Source: a virus
Taxonomy: Duplodnaviria; Caudoviricetes
DNA length: 64,000 nucleotides
Direction: 5' to 3' (one strand)
Virus record (IMG/VR): IMGVR_UViG_3300020577_007794
This document shows, piece by piece, positions 1 to 10,709 of the stretch. A program made the translations under genes and the position numbers. How positions within the stretch are numbered: the stretch's first letter is position 1; every line of letters starts with the position of its first letter. The notes under the pieces are model-generated. The model was not told the origin of the DNA. It did not search any database and saw only the letters and a list, made by a program, of their open reading frames with translations.

Positions 1-2
1 GC

Positions 3-437
3 AACAGATATGATTGGGGTGTATCACTCGCTTCCAACACCTATTACCAAACATTTCCATGGCCAGGAAGCAACTCAATGATTACTAATATAGGGTCAAC
101 CTATACACCTCTTAGTATAGCTGCTTCTGGTGCGTTCAGATTTACAGCAGCAGCGAGCGGTTCAGTTACTGTAGTGAAACTGGAATCAATAAACAATATT
201 ACGGGTGCGGCTACTGTTCTTTTAAACTACGTAGACAACACTCCATTGACTGGAGACAAATCCGGCTTCTTCCAGACAGCACATACCTCTGCAGGTACTA
301 CAGAAGAGAAATTGGTTAACGCTACCGCTGGGTTTGACAGAGTAGCCTTTGGTTTCGCTAACAGCAGCCAAGCGCAGGGAATAATGTTCCAAGCTAGAAT
401 TCAAGGAATAGGGAGACTTATAGATGTCGTTATATAG
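3..437 (+). CDS. 5'-truncated virion structural protein (C-terminal part)
   Basis: The frame of ORF 78..437 is open back to position 3, so the gene starts before the window; T/S/G/A-rich beta-type composition; head of the structural operon. Confidence 0.55.
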   Translation, partial: NRYDWGVSLASNTYYQTFPWPGSNSMITNIGSTYTPLSIAASGAFRFTAAASGSVTVVKLESINNITGAATVLLNYVDNTPLTGDKSGFFQTAHTSAGTTEEKLVNATAGFDRVAFGFANSSQAQGIMFQARIQGIGRLIDVVI

Positions 438-2682
438 GAGAGGCCAGCTATCAACATACAGCCCCGAAACATCAACAGTAGATAGTTTCGCAATCAAGAA
501 AAACTACACCTCCCTAGAGATTGATAGTCTAGAATCCTCAGACCATTTCAATCATTATTTTGATGCGTGTATCCAAATTGAAAAGCAGCTTCCTAAGTTT
601 TTAGGGACCAATATCAAAGCCTTCTACCCATTAACTTCGGATGAAATAAACTCATCAGTGTTTAAACAGGTAGAGGGTAACCAGATACTGCTAACAACTC
701 AAGTAACATCCGGTACAATGGTTGGGAACGGGCAGGAATTCTCTGTTACTATTCCTGACATATTCGGGTCTAACCCGTTCAGGGACAACTCCTTCAGCCT
801 TAGTGTCAGAGCAGATGAGTTTAACTACGGAGCAGAGGGTGTATTCGCAAATAAGAATCCAAACAGTTCAGATGTTTGGAACACTCTTTCAAATCAGAAC
901 CACTTTGTTTGTTCAGTTCAACCATCCAGCGGGCTGGAGGGAAGAACTTTTACAGTTAAAGTTAGTGCAGTGGGGCGAACTCCACTACCAGGTTCTCAGG
1001 TTTCGTTCTCAGAAAGATTCTCAGAAGCAACTCTTTCAAGCTCCACCCTACCAATAGTAGGTGGTAAAGACTTTTCTTTAACCCCTACAAGTACAGGAAT
1101 CTTCCCAAGAAGATTGTCCTCCTCTAGATACACTATAGATTACTACGGAGTATCTGGCGGCTTTGTATACCCAAATAACCCAGATCAGACTCCTTTTGCT
1201 GTAGCAGTTAAAAACATTCCACTAGGTGGGTTTAGTCTTCTTAGCACCCCAGATGACAGGGTTCTTGCTCTTACAAGCAATACCACAGCAGCAAGGTATG
1301 AAACCACTATGGGTGGTTACTTGTACGGTATAGCTGCCAGATCTGGAATTCTTTATGGAGTGGAAGGTTTGGATAGACCGGACGACCAGTTTGTTCAATT
1401 TAGGCTTTGTGGGTTTGCTGCTGATTCTCCATTTTTTGGAAGAAACTTTGGGTGTTTTGGCCCAGCAGTTAGAATGAATGGACCAGCAAACAATGCCAGC
1501 TTCTACGGCTTGGTTTTCGGAGAAGCTGCTGGTACGTTAACAACCTCCACCTCTGGGCTGCCCGCAGACGAAACAGCTCCAAGAATTGCATATCTAGCTA
1601 AGTTTAAGAACGTAAATCTGTCCCAGGTATTAGACGAGACTGTGACATTGAAAGGTTCTGGTACTGCCCCCTATGTCTCTACAACAGTCTCTGGGGCTAC
1701 TATTTTAACTGGAACATCTACATTGGTGTTCTCTGCTAGTGACATGTCTGTTTCATACAGACTAGCTGCGTCAGGCAACACAATTATTCTGCAACAAGAA
1801 GCTGCTTCAGGATTGTTTACAAACCTCCTGACCTACACAGACACAAACACAGTGTCCAACGGGTACCCAGGCTTCTTCTCTGTAGGAAAGAGTGTGCCAC
1901 AAACCGCGTCTACTAAGAGTAATAGATGGCTGTTATTTGACTCCCTTAAAATGGGTGATTTAGCGACTGGTGCCACGATACCTATTCAAATTAGAAGTTT
2001 CTTTTCTAAAACAGGTATGGCAAGTTCATACAATATATTCTCTTCATTCACCACCAATGAAACTATTATAGATGATAATACAACCCCGACTGCATCTGGT
2101 GTTGTGTTAAGGTGGAATGATACTCAGAACCATGTCTACAGAGGTTGTGATGTAAACCCAAGTCTGCCATGGTTCCTTGGTCTGGGAGGCTCTTCTAGGG
2201 CAATACCCGAACCTGGAAGCCTTCTCCTACAACTCACCTCCTACCAATTCAATGCGTGGAATATTCCGATAGTCCCTATATCAGTTCTTCTCGTAGCTCC
2301 CTCTGGTTACAATATTGCAAACGGTAACTATGTAGCTAAGTTTAGAATAACAACAGGAGATGCTTCAGGTTTTTACACCAATATCAACGGACAAGATTTG
2401 AGAACTAAATTTGAATTTGGTATTTCAGATTCCCCGACCGCAGTAGTGATATCATCCTCTTATGAATCTAATAAGATACAGTATATAAATGTACCTCTCT
2501 CGCAGATGACATTTAGTTCCCAAACTTTGGGTTCACCACAGGTAGTTGATTTCGTAATACCTATGAATCAATTTAACATAACCCCAAGATTCAATGCTTG
2601 CACTTTCTACATAAAGGGTGAGATGCTTCTTAGGGGTACACAAAACATTCACATTTCCGACATAGTGATCGGGGAGCCTTAA
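424..2682 (+). CDS. large virion structural protein (tail/baseplate-associated, beta-rich)
   Basis: 752 aa, S/T/G/F-rich; TAATG-coupled to the next gene. Confidence 0.55.
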   Translation: MSLYRRGQLSTYSPETSTVDSFAIKKNYTSLEIDSLESSDHFNHYFDACIQIEKQLPKFLGTNIKAFYPLTSDEINSSVFKQVEGNQILLTTQVTSGTMVGNGQEFSVTIPDIFGSNPFRDNSFSLSVRADEFNYGAEGVFANKNPNSSDVWNTLSNQNHFVCSVQPSSGLEGRTFTVKVSAVGRTPLPGSQVSFSERFSEATLSSSTLPIVGGKDFSLTPTSTGIFPRRLSSSRYTIDYYGVSGGFVYPNNPDQTPFAVAVKNIPLGGFSLLSTPDDRVLALTSNTTAARYETTMGGYLYGIAARSGILYGVEGLDRPDDQFVQFRLCGFAADSPFFGRNFGCFGPAVRMNGPANNASFYGLVFGEAAGTLTTSTSGLPADETAPRIAYLAKFKNVNLSQVLDETVTLKGSGTAPYVSTTVSGATILTGTSTLVFSASDMSVSYRLAASGNTIILQQEAASGLFTNLLTYTDTNTVSNGYPGFFSVGKSVPQTASTKSNRWLLFDSLKMGDLATGATIPIQIRSFFSKTGMASSYNIFSSFTTNETIIDDNTTPTASGVVLRWNDTQNHVYRGCDVNPSLPWFLGLGGSSRAIPEPGSLLLQLTSYQFNAWNIPIVPISVLLVAPSGYNIANGNYVAKFRITTGDASGFYTNINGQDLRTKFEFGISDSPTAVVISSSYESNKIQYINVPLSQMTFSSQTLGSPQVVDFVIPMNQFNITPRFNACTFYIKGEMLLRGTQNIHISDIVIGEP

Positions 2683-5600
2683 TGAACGAATACGCAAAAG
2701 TCTTTTTAACCACATTCCCATGGGCTAAGACAGCATACCAATATATGCTGGGTCTTAATACTGCGCCTGAGGTTTCTGTAAAAATAGAAGATCTAGCTTC
2801 CCCAGTATCAACTAAGGTTAACTCTTCAGACCAGATCGCTATAGAATCTTCATTAGATTGGAATAATTTCAGCATACATTCTGTATCGGACCTAGCAGGT
2901 CTTTACTCATCTATTGATCGAGCTCATCAGTATGTTGAAGCTTTGTCACAAAGATACAATGCGAATATAGGTGAGGGGGAAACTAGGCTTCTAAAATTGG
3001 AGGCAGCTTTAAGAGCCATAAGATCCTCTATCGCATCACCCGCGAATAATTCAGTATCTTTCTCAGGTGGAGATAGTAGTTGGGTTGACCCATCTCCTAG
3101 ATTCTATGTTAACTCCCCTATGCTGACTTTTGCACAGGAAGAGGGTTGTTACAGACTACCAGACACTGGTATGTTTAGTTCTATCAGATCTAATGGTGGG
3201 TTTGCAGGTACTGCAATTATCGAGAAATCCTTAGCACCTATAGAACAAAGAGGCACTCTAAACGATGTAACCGATGGCTCAAGAGCCTCTTTCTGGATGG
3301 GCACTTCTTATTTCCCGTCTATGGTTAGGGTATCAAGCGGAGATGTAGCATGGCTACCATCTTCCTACACACATGGTTCGGCAGTTCTCTTAACTTACTA
3401 CCTTGATAGACCTACATTAGTGGGCGAAGTTTTTATTGATCCAGTAACCACAGAACCATTCAAACTCCTCTCCGTTTCCTGGACCCCTCTAAACGAAAGA
3501 AACTGCCTACTCAATCCAGGCTTTACAGCGGCAGCAACAGGGTGGACACTCAGCCATACAACTTGGATGGCCTCAGGGCTGGGAGCTGTTAGCACGTTAA
3601 TTGACAGCACCTCTGGAAAAGTTAGTCAGAGCTTTAATATTCAAAACTCGTACACCCTATCTTTGAGTGGGGTTCCGACAGCTTCAGGTATAGCTACCGG
3701 CCAAAGATTTGAATTGCAATATGCCATAGCTGCTGAGGGAGACTGCTCAGCTGGTGCCAGAATAACTTGGTTCAATTCAGCTGGAGCAGCCATAGGTTCA
3801 GATCAATTAGCTGAGACGTTACCAGCTTTCTATAAATCCTCGAGACTTGTTTCTTACTCACCTACAGGAAGTGTTAGTGGAAGGGTTGATTTCCAAATCT
3901 TTTCAGCTACTACATCAGCCTCAGCTTTCGTATCCCAAGCTAAATTGTTTGCTGGTGAACAAAGATGGCAATGTAACGAAACAATAGAGAAGCCCACAAC
4001 CATCTCCCTTCCAAGATCTATCACAACTTCTAGATTTAGTTTTGTTCTACAACAAACTTCCCCTAGAAGAGAAACCTTAAACAGACAGGTACCTTCAGAA
4101 ACACTAAGCCCTATAACAGCTCCAAGAGAAGTATCAACTGAATTGGTGAACTCTGTAAATCAATTGGTTGACAGAACAAACTCTTCGGGGGTAGGCTCAA
4201 CTGTTTTTGCCTATAGATTCGGAATGAAGGAACTTGATTTGAGATACAGGGAATTTGTTCCTAGAGCAAGTCTTGTTTCTATTCCTTTAGAGACGAAGAA
4301 AGAGATCAGAAATATATGGGTCACTGCAGATGTAGGACAATATCAAACTGATGGGCTTGGGTTCTATATCATTCCTTTTGAAAAGGATGAATCATACCAA
4401 CTAGCTGTAAAGGCTTTTAGGGTTGGAGATATTGATGCATCCGGGGAGACTATAAGAAACCAAGGTGACATAGTTTCAATCTTCACGAGTGAAGAAGAAG
4501 AAGCAGGGTGGGCGGCTAACGCAGACCATAGAATCATTACTGACCCCACAAGAATCACAGAAACCTTTGACGGTACAGATCGAGATGGTAAGGTTATTCT
4601 CAAAAGAGTGCCACACCTACGAAGAGTTAAAATGCGAGATATTAATTCTTGGCTCTCTTCTTACTCTATCTGGCCGACATACTTCGACCCTAATCTAGAA
4701 ACACCAACAGGTATAGGAAGCCAACTTCTAAGAGAAGCCATTAAGGATGGTATTCTTAAAGAGGGTGGAAGAACTGGTACTACCGGTGATACACAAATAA
4801 ACGGAATACCTCTTGGTATGCCAGAAACACTGGAAGTAACCAGAGATGATATTGTCAGCACCGAAGGTTACCTTCCAATAAAACTAACAATATCTACAAG
4901 CAAGTGGACTGCATATCCAGACACATTTGGAAAACCTGATTCAGCTAGAGTAAGAGACGTATTGAAGGAACTTCTTGAACTGACAGCAGTCTCTGAAACA
5001 ACCACAAGCATTACAGCCAACTACATTACTTATGAGCAGTTCATAGCTAGAACTAAAGTTTCTGAACTGTTCTTTGGTGGTAACTTTAATAACAATCTGT
5101 GGAATGGTATAACACCAACCATGACTATTAAAGAGTACCTAGACAGACAGCAGAGTATGAATGTTGGTATAGGCTCTATTGAACAGACTGCTAAGAGAGA
5201 GTATGATTTAAGAAAAGCTAACGGCACTCTTGCTAAAGACGAAAACACTACAGAGACCAGGACATCCAAACTTAACAGTGGGGACTCTTATAAAACAAGA
5301 TTCAAACCTGTGGTTACTGGACCAATGGGTACAGTGTTTAGGGCGTATTGGTACGATCCTGATACCCAAGAAGCTAGACTTATTCCACCTAATGATTATA
5401 AGTTGGAAGCAAATTCTGGGATAATCACACTCAAAAATACAGCCCCAGCATCTAACTTCACAGACATTGTTGCAGATTACAAATACATATCCAAATCTGA
5501 AGAGGAAGACTTCTTCAGCGAGGCTATTGCTTTTGTGAATTCAACAGCCAGTGGAAGCGAGGATACAGGTATTGTAAGTAGGCATCTGCCAATAACAAGG

Positions 5601-5912
5601 AATATGACTGACTACAATACTGGAAGGGTTCCAACTCTTAGAGGTCCAGATTTTGACAGAATGAGTAGAACCTACTACCCAGTTATAGAGTACTACGTAA
5701 CACCTGAAGGGGATATTCAGTGTAGCAGGGACTTCTTCAAATATGGAGACATACCAGCAACTGTAACAGTTGAGTATGAAACATTGGGGGTCAAACCTAG
5801 ACTAAAAGTAGAGTCTTACCGACCATCAGGTCCAACTGTTACACCTGCCTTATTAGGGGCTTCTATGAGAACAAAAGAAGGCTCTCCTTCTCCACTTAGG
5901 GAGATTCAATAA
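2682..5912 (+). CDS. large virion structural protein with probable carbohydrate-binding (CBM-like) domain
   Basis: 1076 aa; N-terminal coiled coil; NCLLNPGF..AATGW resembles the start of CBM4/9-like jelly rolls; C-terminal ...TPALLG resembles the TP-x-I/L ending of neighbours. Confidence 0.55.
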   Translation: MNEYAKVFLTTFPWAKTAYQYMLGLNTAPEVSVKIEDLASPVSTKVNSSDQIAIESSLDWNNFSIHSVSDLAGLYSSIDRAHQYVEALSQRYNANIGEGETRLLKLEAALRAIRSSIASPANNSVSFSGGDSSWVDPSPRFYVNSPMLTFAQEEGCYRLPDTGMFSSIRSNGGFAGTAIIEKSLAPIEQRGTLNDVTDGSRASFWMGTSYFPSMVRVSSGDVAWLPSSYTHGSAVLLTYYLDRPTLVGEVFIDPVTTEPFKLLSVSWTPLNERNCLLNPGFTAAATGWTLSHTTWMASGLGAVSTLIDSTSGKVSQSFNIQNSYTLSLSGVPTASGIATGQRFELQYAIAAEGDCSAGARITWFNSAGAAIGSDQLAETLPAFYKSSRLVSYSPTGSVSGRVDFQIFSATTSASAFVSQAKLFAGEQRWQCNETIEKPTTISLPRSITTSRFSFVLQQTSPRRETLNRQVPSETLSPITAPREVSTELVNSVNQLVDRTNSSGVGSTVFAYRFGMKELDLRYREFVPRASLVSIPLETKKEIRNIWVTADVGQYQTDGLGFYIIPFEKDESYQLAVKAFRVGDIDASGETIRNQGDIVSIFTSEEEEAGWAANADHRIITDPTRITETFDGTDRDGKVILKRVPHLRRVKMRDINSWLSSYSIWPTYFDPNLETPTGIGSQLLREAIKDGILKEGGRTGTTGDTQINGIPLGMPETLEVTRDDIVSTEGYLPIKLTISTSKWTAYPDTFGKPDSARVRDVLKELLELTAVSETTTSITANYITYEQFIARTKVSELFFGGNFNNNLWNGITPTMTIKEYLDRQQSMNVGIGSIEQTAKREYDLRKANGTLAKDENTTETRTSKLNSGDSYKTRFKPVVTGPMGTVFRAYWYDPDTQEARLIPPNDYKLEANSGIITLKNTAPASNFTDIVADYKYISKSEEEDFFSEAIAFVNSTASGSEDTGIVSRHLPITRNMTDYNTGRVPTLRGPDFDRMSRTYYPVIEYYVTPEGDIQCSRDFFKYGDIPATVTVEYETLGVKPRLKVESYRPSGPTVTPALLGASMRTKEGSPSPLREIQ

Positions 5913-7945
5913 TGGAAAATGAGATCTTAAAAGATTGGTTAAATAGGGTTGATACCACTGGTGCTGATCTCCCAGAAATAGAGAGAAACCTTTCTGTTAC
6001 TCTCGCAAAAGGTGCTGCCAATAGGGGGGACTGGGCTCCTGCACCAATAGCTCCTTTGGCAGAACCAACAGACCTAGACGCAATGACTGGGGATCTTGCT
6101 AGATTTTATGCTGGAAAGATACGAAGTACGGCTGTACACACTGACACATTGTTTGATAGACTTGTTGAACTTAACAATGTGCTCGCGTCTGAGATGGAGT
6201 CGGCTAACAAGGCTTTAACTGAAGCATCTGATGATGTTCAGGTAGTTACAAGCATGACTCAGGACCAGATATCTCAATATGTTTGGGTCGCTGAAAGCTT
6301 TAACAATAATCTCAACATTGATACAACCAGGACTACCGCTCTTATTGATACAGACTATGGCCAGGTTAGTCTGCCGCCTCAAGAGTTTGCTAATATACAA
6401 GACTACGGAGTAGAAATTCCATCTAGTTCTATAGTTGGTATTCCTGGTTGTAACCTTCTAGTTCTAGATCTAACCAGCCCAGGGAGTGCCGAGAAAGGCC
6501 CAGAACCTACTTTAGAGAAAGCTGACACTACCAATATCTCTACCATGTTTGACAACAACAGCCAAACTTGGTTTGAAATGGAGAGAAACTTCATTCCCAA
6601 AGTACAGCCGCTAAGAAGGGCAGGAAGATCTTTGGTCTATGAACTAGGCGGAAAACCAGAAAACGTATTAGAGGAAACTAAAAACTACGATTGGAGAGCT
6701 ACTGTGGTTCTACCAGATGGTTCAACTAAAACTGGTTCAGATGGGAAGGGCGAGCTAATAGCGGAGTTTATAGAAGACACTGACCCCAGTGGTCTAGAAA
6801 AAAATGACACACAGGTTACTATAAAGTTCAATCTAACCACCCCACAACCTCTTTCAGAGATAAGAATCAATCCATATCTACGACCGGGACAAGGTGATCT
6901 AGTCATAGAACAAATTGATGTTGTGACTCAGGGAACTAATATCGTAGTAGCTAAGAATAAAAAAGCCAATATAGAAACTACATCATTACGGACTTTAGAG
7001 AAGGAAGTTCTACGAAGAACTGGTTCTCAAACAGTTGGATCTATGTTCGAAGTTCCAACAGACCGGGATATAAACCAGATCATAGTTAAACTCAGGGGTA
7101 AGACTGTTCCTGTAAAAGGACTTGCACACCCCTTTGCTGAAGAAGAAGTTGAAACTAAAACTACAAGAAGATTTCTTTTTATTCCATCTAAGTCCACTAA
7201 GACAGAGTGGAATAGAAAACCTATATCTGAATCTGGAAAAGTAATTGGCTCTAACTCAAGTACATCAAATATTTTAGGAGCATTATCGCCTATCCTTCAG
7301 TCAATCATGGGAGGCTCTTCATCAGCACTGTCCACTATAAGCAGTGTTGGGAGTCTGGTCAGTTCAATTGCCTCAACACCTAAAGCCCTAAACCTTGGTT
7401 CTAAAGATGTAGCAGGTCTTGGCAAGATCTTGGGTGGTCTTGGTAAAGTAGGTTCTGTAATTTCTAGTGTAGTTCCCATAGTTGGTGCAGTATTATCTAT
7501 TGGGGATTTGGCAAATGCTGCCTTTGGTACTTCCAGAACTTCCCAAGTAATCGGCCAAGCTTCAGGTTACGATATCTTCAAGGGATTTAGGTCCTGCATC
7601 TCTATCAGAGACATTGGTTTACTGAGAGTTGTATACGCCCCAGCAGCAGAGATTGTAACTAAAAAGCTGGTGTTCCCACGAAGGGTTACAAAGATTGGTT
7701 TGATTGTAGACCACTCAATCCCAGCAGACTGGGCTCAGGGGGATTGGGTTAAGTACTATCTCTCACTTGACGGAGTAGAGTGGAAACCAGTCCTTCCACT
7801 TTCAGATACAACCCTAGAAAACTCCCTAACACTAGATAAACCTGCAGATGCTGTTTATGTAAAGGCAGTGCTTTTGGGAAGTTCCGATGACCTGCATCGC
7901 TCCCCCAAAATCAATAACATAGTTCTTCAAGGATTACCGGCGTAA
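5912..7945 (+). CDS. virion structural protein (baseplate/tail) with internal hydrophobic Gly/Ser-rich insert
   Basis: 677 aa; coiled coil then ESFNN..ID...TTALID; discoidin-like MFDNNSQTWF; C-terminal VKYYLSLDGVEW...SPKI. Confidence 0.55.
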   Translation: MENEILKDWLNRVDTTGADLPEIERNLSVTLAKGAANRGDWAPAPIAPLAEPTDLDAMTGDLARFYAGKIRSTAVHTDTLFDRLVELNNVLASEMESANKALTEASDDVQVVTSMTQDQISQYVWVAESFNNNLNIDTTRTTALIDTDYGQVSLPPQEFANIQDYGVEIPSSSIVGIPGCNLLVLDLTSPGSAEKGPEPTLEKADTTNISTMFDNNSQTWFEMERNFIPKVQPLRRAGRSLVYELGGKPENVLEETKNYDWRATVVLPDGSTKTGSDGKGELIAEFIEDTDPSGLEKNDTQVTIKFNLTTPQPLSEIRINPYLRPGQGDLVIEQIDVVTQGTNIVVAKNKKANIETTSLRTLEKEVLRRTGSQTVGSMFEVPTDRDINQIIVKLRGKTVPVKGLAHPFAEEEVETKTTRRFLFIPSKSTKTEWNRKPISESGKVIGSNSSTSNILGALSPILQSIMGGSSSALSTISSVGSLVSSIASTPKALNLGSKDVAGLGKILGGLGKVGSVISSVVPIVGAVLSIGDLANAAFGTSRTSQVIGQASGYDIFKGFRSCISIRDIGLLRVVYAPAAEIVTKKLVFPRRVTKIGLIVDHSIPADWAQGDWVKYYLSLDGVEWKPVLPLSDTTLENSLTLDKPADAVYVKAVLLGSSDDLHRSPKINNIVLQGLPA

Positions 7946-10194
7946 TGATAATTGAGCAGACACAGAAAAACGTTCTTTTTAACGAAGCATCAAAAAGAGG
8001 TATCACCAGATTTGAATTAGAATCTGTTCCAGCAACATACCTTAAAATGCTGGGTACTCCTGATATGGGTGTCCAACAATTCGGGCTCCCCACTGCACCG
8101 ATTTACAAAGCAGTGGATGGTGACAAGATCAATGTCAAAAAGATTTCACTATTTTTTACTGGTCTGTCTAGGGACGTAACTGTATCAGAACAAGCTGTCA
8201 AAGCTGTGGATGACAAGATTCAAGCTCTACAGGAAGAGTTTTGGGCGAAGAGTCAGTTATTGAAATCGAGAGCCCTAAGCTTATCTAAAGCGGCGGCTGC
8301 AGAAAAGAAGAAAGCTGGTAGTCAAGCTTCATGGAGTTTTATTGAGGGCTTCACAAATACCAATTGGATTGATTGGTCCAGAAGCACAGTTTGGGTTGAT
8401 TCTAGTGAGGGTGTAACCTTTCTCCCAACGTCAACAACAGAAGCCTCTATAAATTATGCTGACATATCTGTAGAACAGATCGTCTACTCCTCTGGGGTTG
8501 ATTCGCTATCCTCAACACCGCATATGGCTGTAGACGGGTTGGATACAACTAACTGGAGGGCTCAGTTTACCTCAGTTGGCCAGATTGCCTCTGCTGTTTT
8601 CTCCTTCAATACCCCACAAGATATTTCATCAATACAGCTTGATCCAACAGGTTTTGGTATATCTGTAATTATAGAAGCTGAATCTGGCAAAGGCTTTACT
8701 GAAATTGCCAGAGAGATACTTTACAGGAAGACAACCCTATCATGTCCAATCTCTAAGGTAAACAAACTTAGGATTACGTTCTCCTCAGAGGGTGCTGCAT
8801 TACCTAAAGCTGCTGGCATACGGGACGTGAAATTTTATAAATCAGGCTCTGCTGATTCAGCTTCACTGTACTCAACCAGTATAGGTGTTCCTGTCTCCTT
8901 CTCAGAAATAAAACTTGATGTAACTGGTAAGTATCCTGAGGGATCAAATGCTAGAATTTATTACAGTTTTGATGACATTACTTGGAAGGAATGCACACCT
9001 GGGCAATGGACTGCAGTGCGGGACAATGAAGTAGCTACTTACACAGTTAAGCGAGAGGATGTCCTTTATGAAAATGGATTCTACACTATAGCTGTAGATA
9101 ATGCCCCAGCATCCATTACCACTGGCAAGATGCTTATTGGTGTTAATCAGGTAGAAGTCACTGCCTTTAGAAAGGACTATCTTGTTAGTGGGGAAGCACC
9201 ACACACACCAAGCTTAGATGATTTTCAAGATAATCAAGTTAGAAAATTCTCTACATGGCTAGGTGTTGGAACTTACAACGAAAGAAGTTCTTACCAAAAC
9301 CATCTCTACCTACAACCAGAATACAATCTTTTCACCTCGGTAGTGAAGGGAGCAGAAATACTGCCATTCCAATTCCAAACAGAGAATGAGAAGTATATGG
9401 ATATGGCTTTAGTGTTAATGGCGGGCACCGTTGGCACAAGAATAGCTCAACCTAACCATACGTACAAACTTTCATTCCAAGTGTATATAGAGGATGACTA
9501 CGTTCTGGATAGTTGTAAAGCTTACTTCTATCAAGGTATAAGAACACGGCCAGCCAAAACATTCAGAGATGCTGGAAAATGTTATGGTGCCTATTCAGTC
9601 TATATTAACAAAAACTTAGTTAATTCTTCATCTAAGCCTTACACAGTGTACAACACTCTGGAGAATGAAAGCTTTATAGAGGGCGGGGTAGCTGGTCAGG
9701 GTGAAGCTGGTTCATCATTCTCTATGTCGTTTAACCGGGGGTGGAATACAATTGATATTTTGGTTCACACTGTTGACCCCCTGATTTACGGAGAGGATTC
9801 CAGTTTTCCTGAAGGACTTTACCCCTATCTTCAAGTATCATTATTCCCATCTTTGTTTGACCCAAGATTGATGGAAGAGATGAAGATCACCAAGATATGC
9901 GCATCAGGAGAGCGTGGACCTATTTCAGAATTTGATCTTTTGTGGAACGTACCACAAGATCATAGATTCTGGGGATGGAGCACAGATGGGACTTCTATAC
10001 TATTTAACACTTGGAACACTCAAGCAATTGATGGTTTCTTGAAAGGTAGCGGGCCTAATTATGAACTTGACTACAAATCTTTACCAGATGCTGACTCTAA
10101 TTACTCCACTGTAAAAGTGAGAATGGATATGTTTAGAAGTCAGTTAACAAAAGATGGCCCTATTATAGATGAGTATAGAGTTTCTGTAAAGTAA
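7945..10194 (+). CDS. virion structural protein, distant paralogue of 5912..7945
   Basis: 749 aa; coiled coil then EGFTN..ID; AVDGLDTTNW discoidin-like; IYYSFDDITW; C-terminal GPII. Confidence 0.55.
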   Translation: MIIEQTQKNVLFNEASKRGITRFELESVPATYLKMLGTPDMGVQQFGLPTAPIYKAVDGDKINVKKISLFFTGLSRDVTVSEQAVKAVDDKIQALQEEFWAKSQLLKSRALSLSKAAAAEKKKAGSQASWSFIEGFTNTNWIDWSRSTVWVDSSEGVTFLPTSTTEASINYADISVEQIVYSSGVDSLSSTPHMAVDGLDTTNWRAQFTSVGQIASAVFSFNTPQDISSIQLDPTGFGISVIIEAESGKGFTEIAREILYRKTTLSCPISKVNKLRITFSSEGAALPKAAGIRDVKFYKSGSADSASLYSTSIGVPVSFSEIKLDVTGKYPEGSNARIYYSFDDITWKECTPGQWTAVRDNEVATYTVKREDVLYENGFYTIAVDNAPASITTGKMLIGVNQVEVTAFRKDYLVSGEAPHTPSLDDFQDNQVRKFSTWLGVGTYNERSSYQNHLYLQPEYNLFTSVVKGAEILPFQFQTENEKYMDMALVLMAGTVGTRIAQPNHTYKLSFQVYIEDDYVLDSCKAYFYQGIRTRPAKTFRDAGKCYGAYSVYINKNLVNSSSKPYTVYNTLENESFIEGGVAGQGEAGSSFSMSFNRGWNTIDILVHTVDPLIYGEDSSFPEGLYPYLQVSLFPSLFDPRLMEEMKITKICASGERGPISEFDLLWNVPQDHRFWGWSTDGTSILFNTWNTQAIDGFLKGSGPNYELDYKSLPDADSNYSTVKVRMDMFRSQLTKDGPIIDEYRVSVK

Positions 10195-10709
10195 TGAACG
10201 AAAGTATTTTTGTAAGACTTCCTGGAATAAGCAGTTCTCTTACCCCAAACTACACAGAGTATGGGACAAAGGGTACTGAGGCATTAACGCCAGAGATGTC
10301 AAGCACTAATACCCGTTTCTTTGATCTAGAATTGGAAGGGTATGCTGGTTCACAGTTCTATGAGGACAAGCCTGTTAAATACGTGGCAGCGTTCGTTGAA
10401 GTAGTAAGTACAGACTCCCCATACTTCCCAACCAGAGACACCAACACCTCACTCCTTCCGCTAAAAAGAAACTACAGATTTAGGGGTATAAAAGAATCTG
10501 AAAAGTTTCTTTTATTTAATCAAAATGTAGCTGGTGAAGTTCTAAGGGAAAGAAAAAGATTAGAGACAGCTGATCTAACTCTTACCACAGCAGAAGAACT
10601 TCTTTATCCCACAGACAGCGATATTTCTTCATTCTATAATGCTACTGCCCAGTTAAGATTCCATGAATGGAGGAGGTTACGAAAATTTGATGCGAGGTGG
10701 CTTATTTAA
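10194..10709 (+). CDS. putative virion protein, paralogue of 10697..11302
   Basis: Shares about 80 C-terminal aa with the next gene (NYRFRG..ES.KFL...EELLYPT..DISSFYN.TAQ..FHEW.RLRK). Confidence 0.6.
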   Translation: MNESIFVRLPGISSSLTPNYTEYGTKGTEALTPEMSSTNTRFFDLELEGYAGSQFYEDKPVKYVAAFVEVVSTDSPYFPTRDTNTSLLPLKRNYRFRGIKESEKFLLFNQNVAGEVLRERKRLETADLTLTTAEELLYPTDSDISSFYNATAQLRFHEWRRLRKFDARWLI

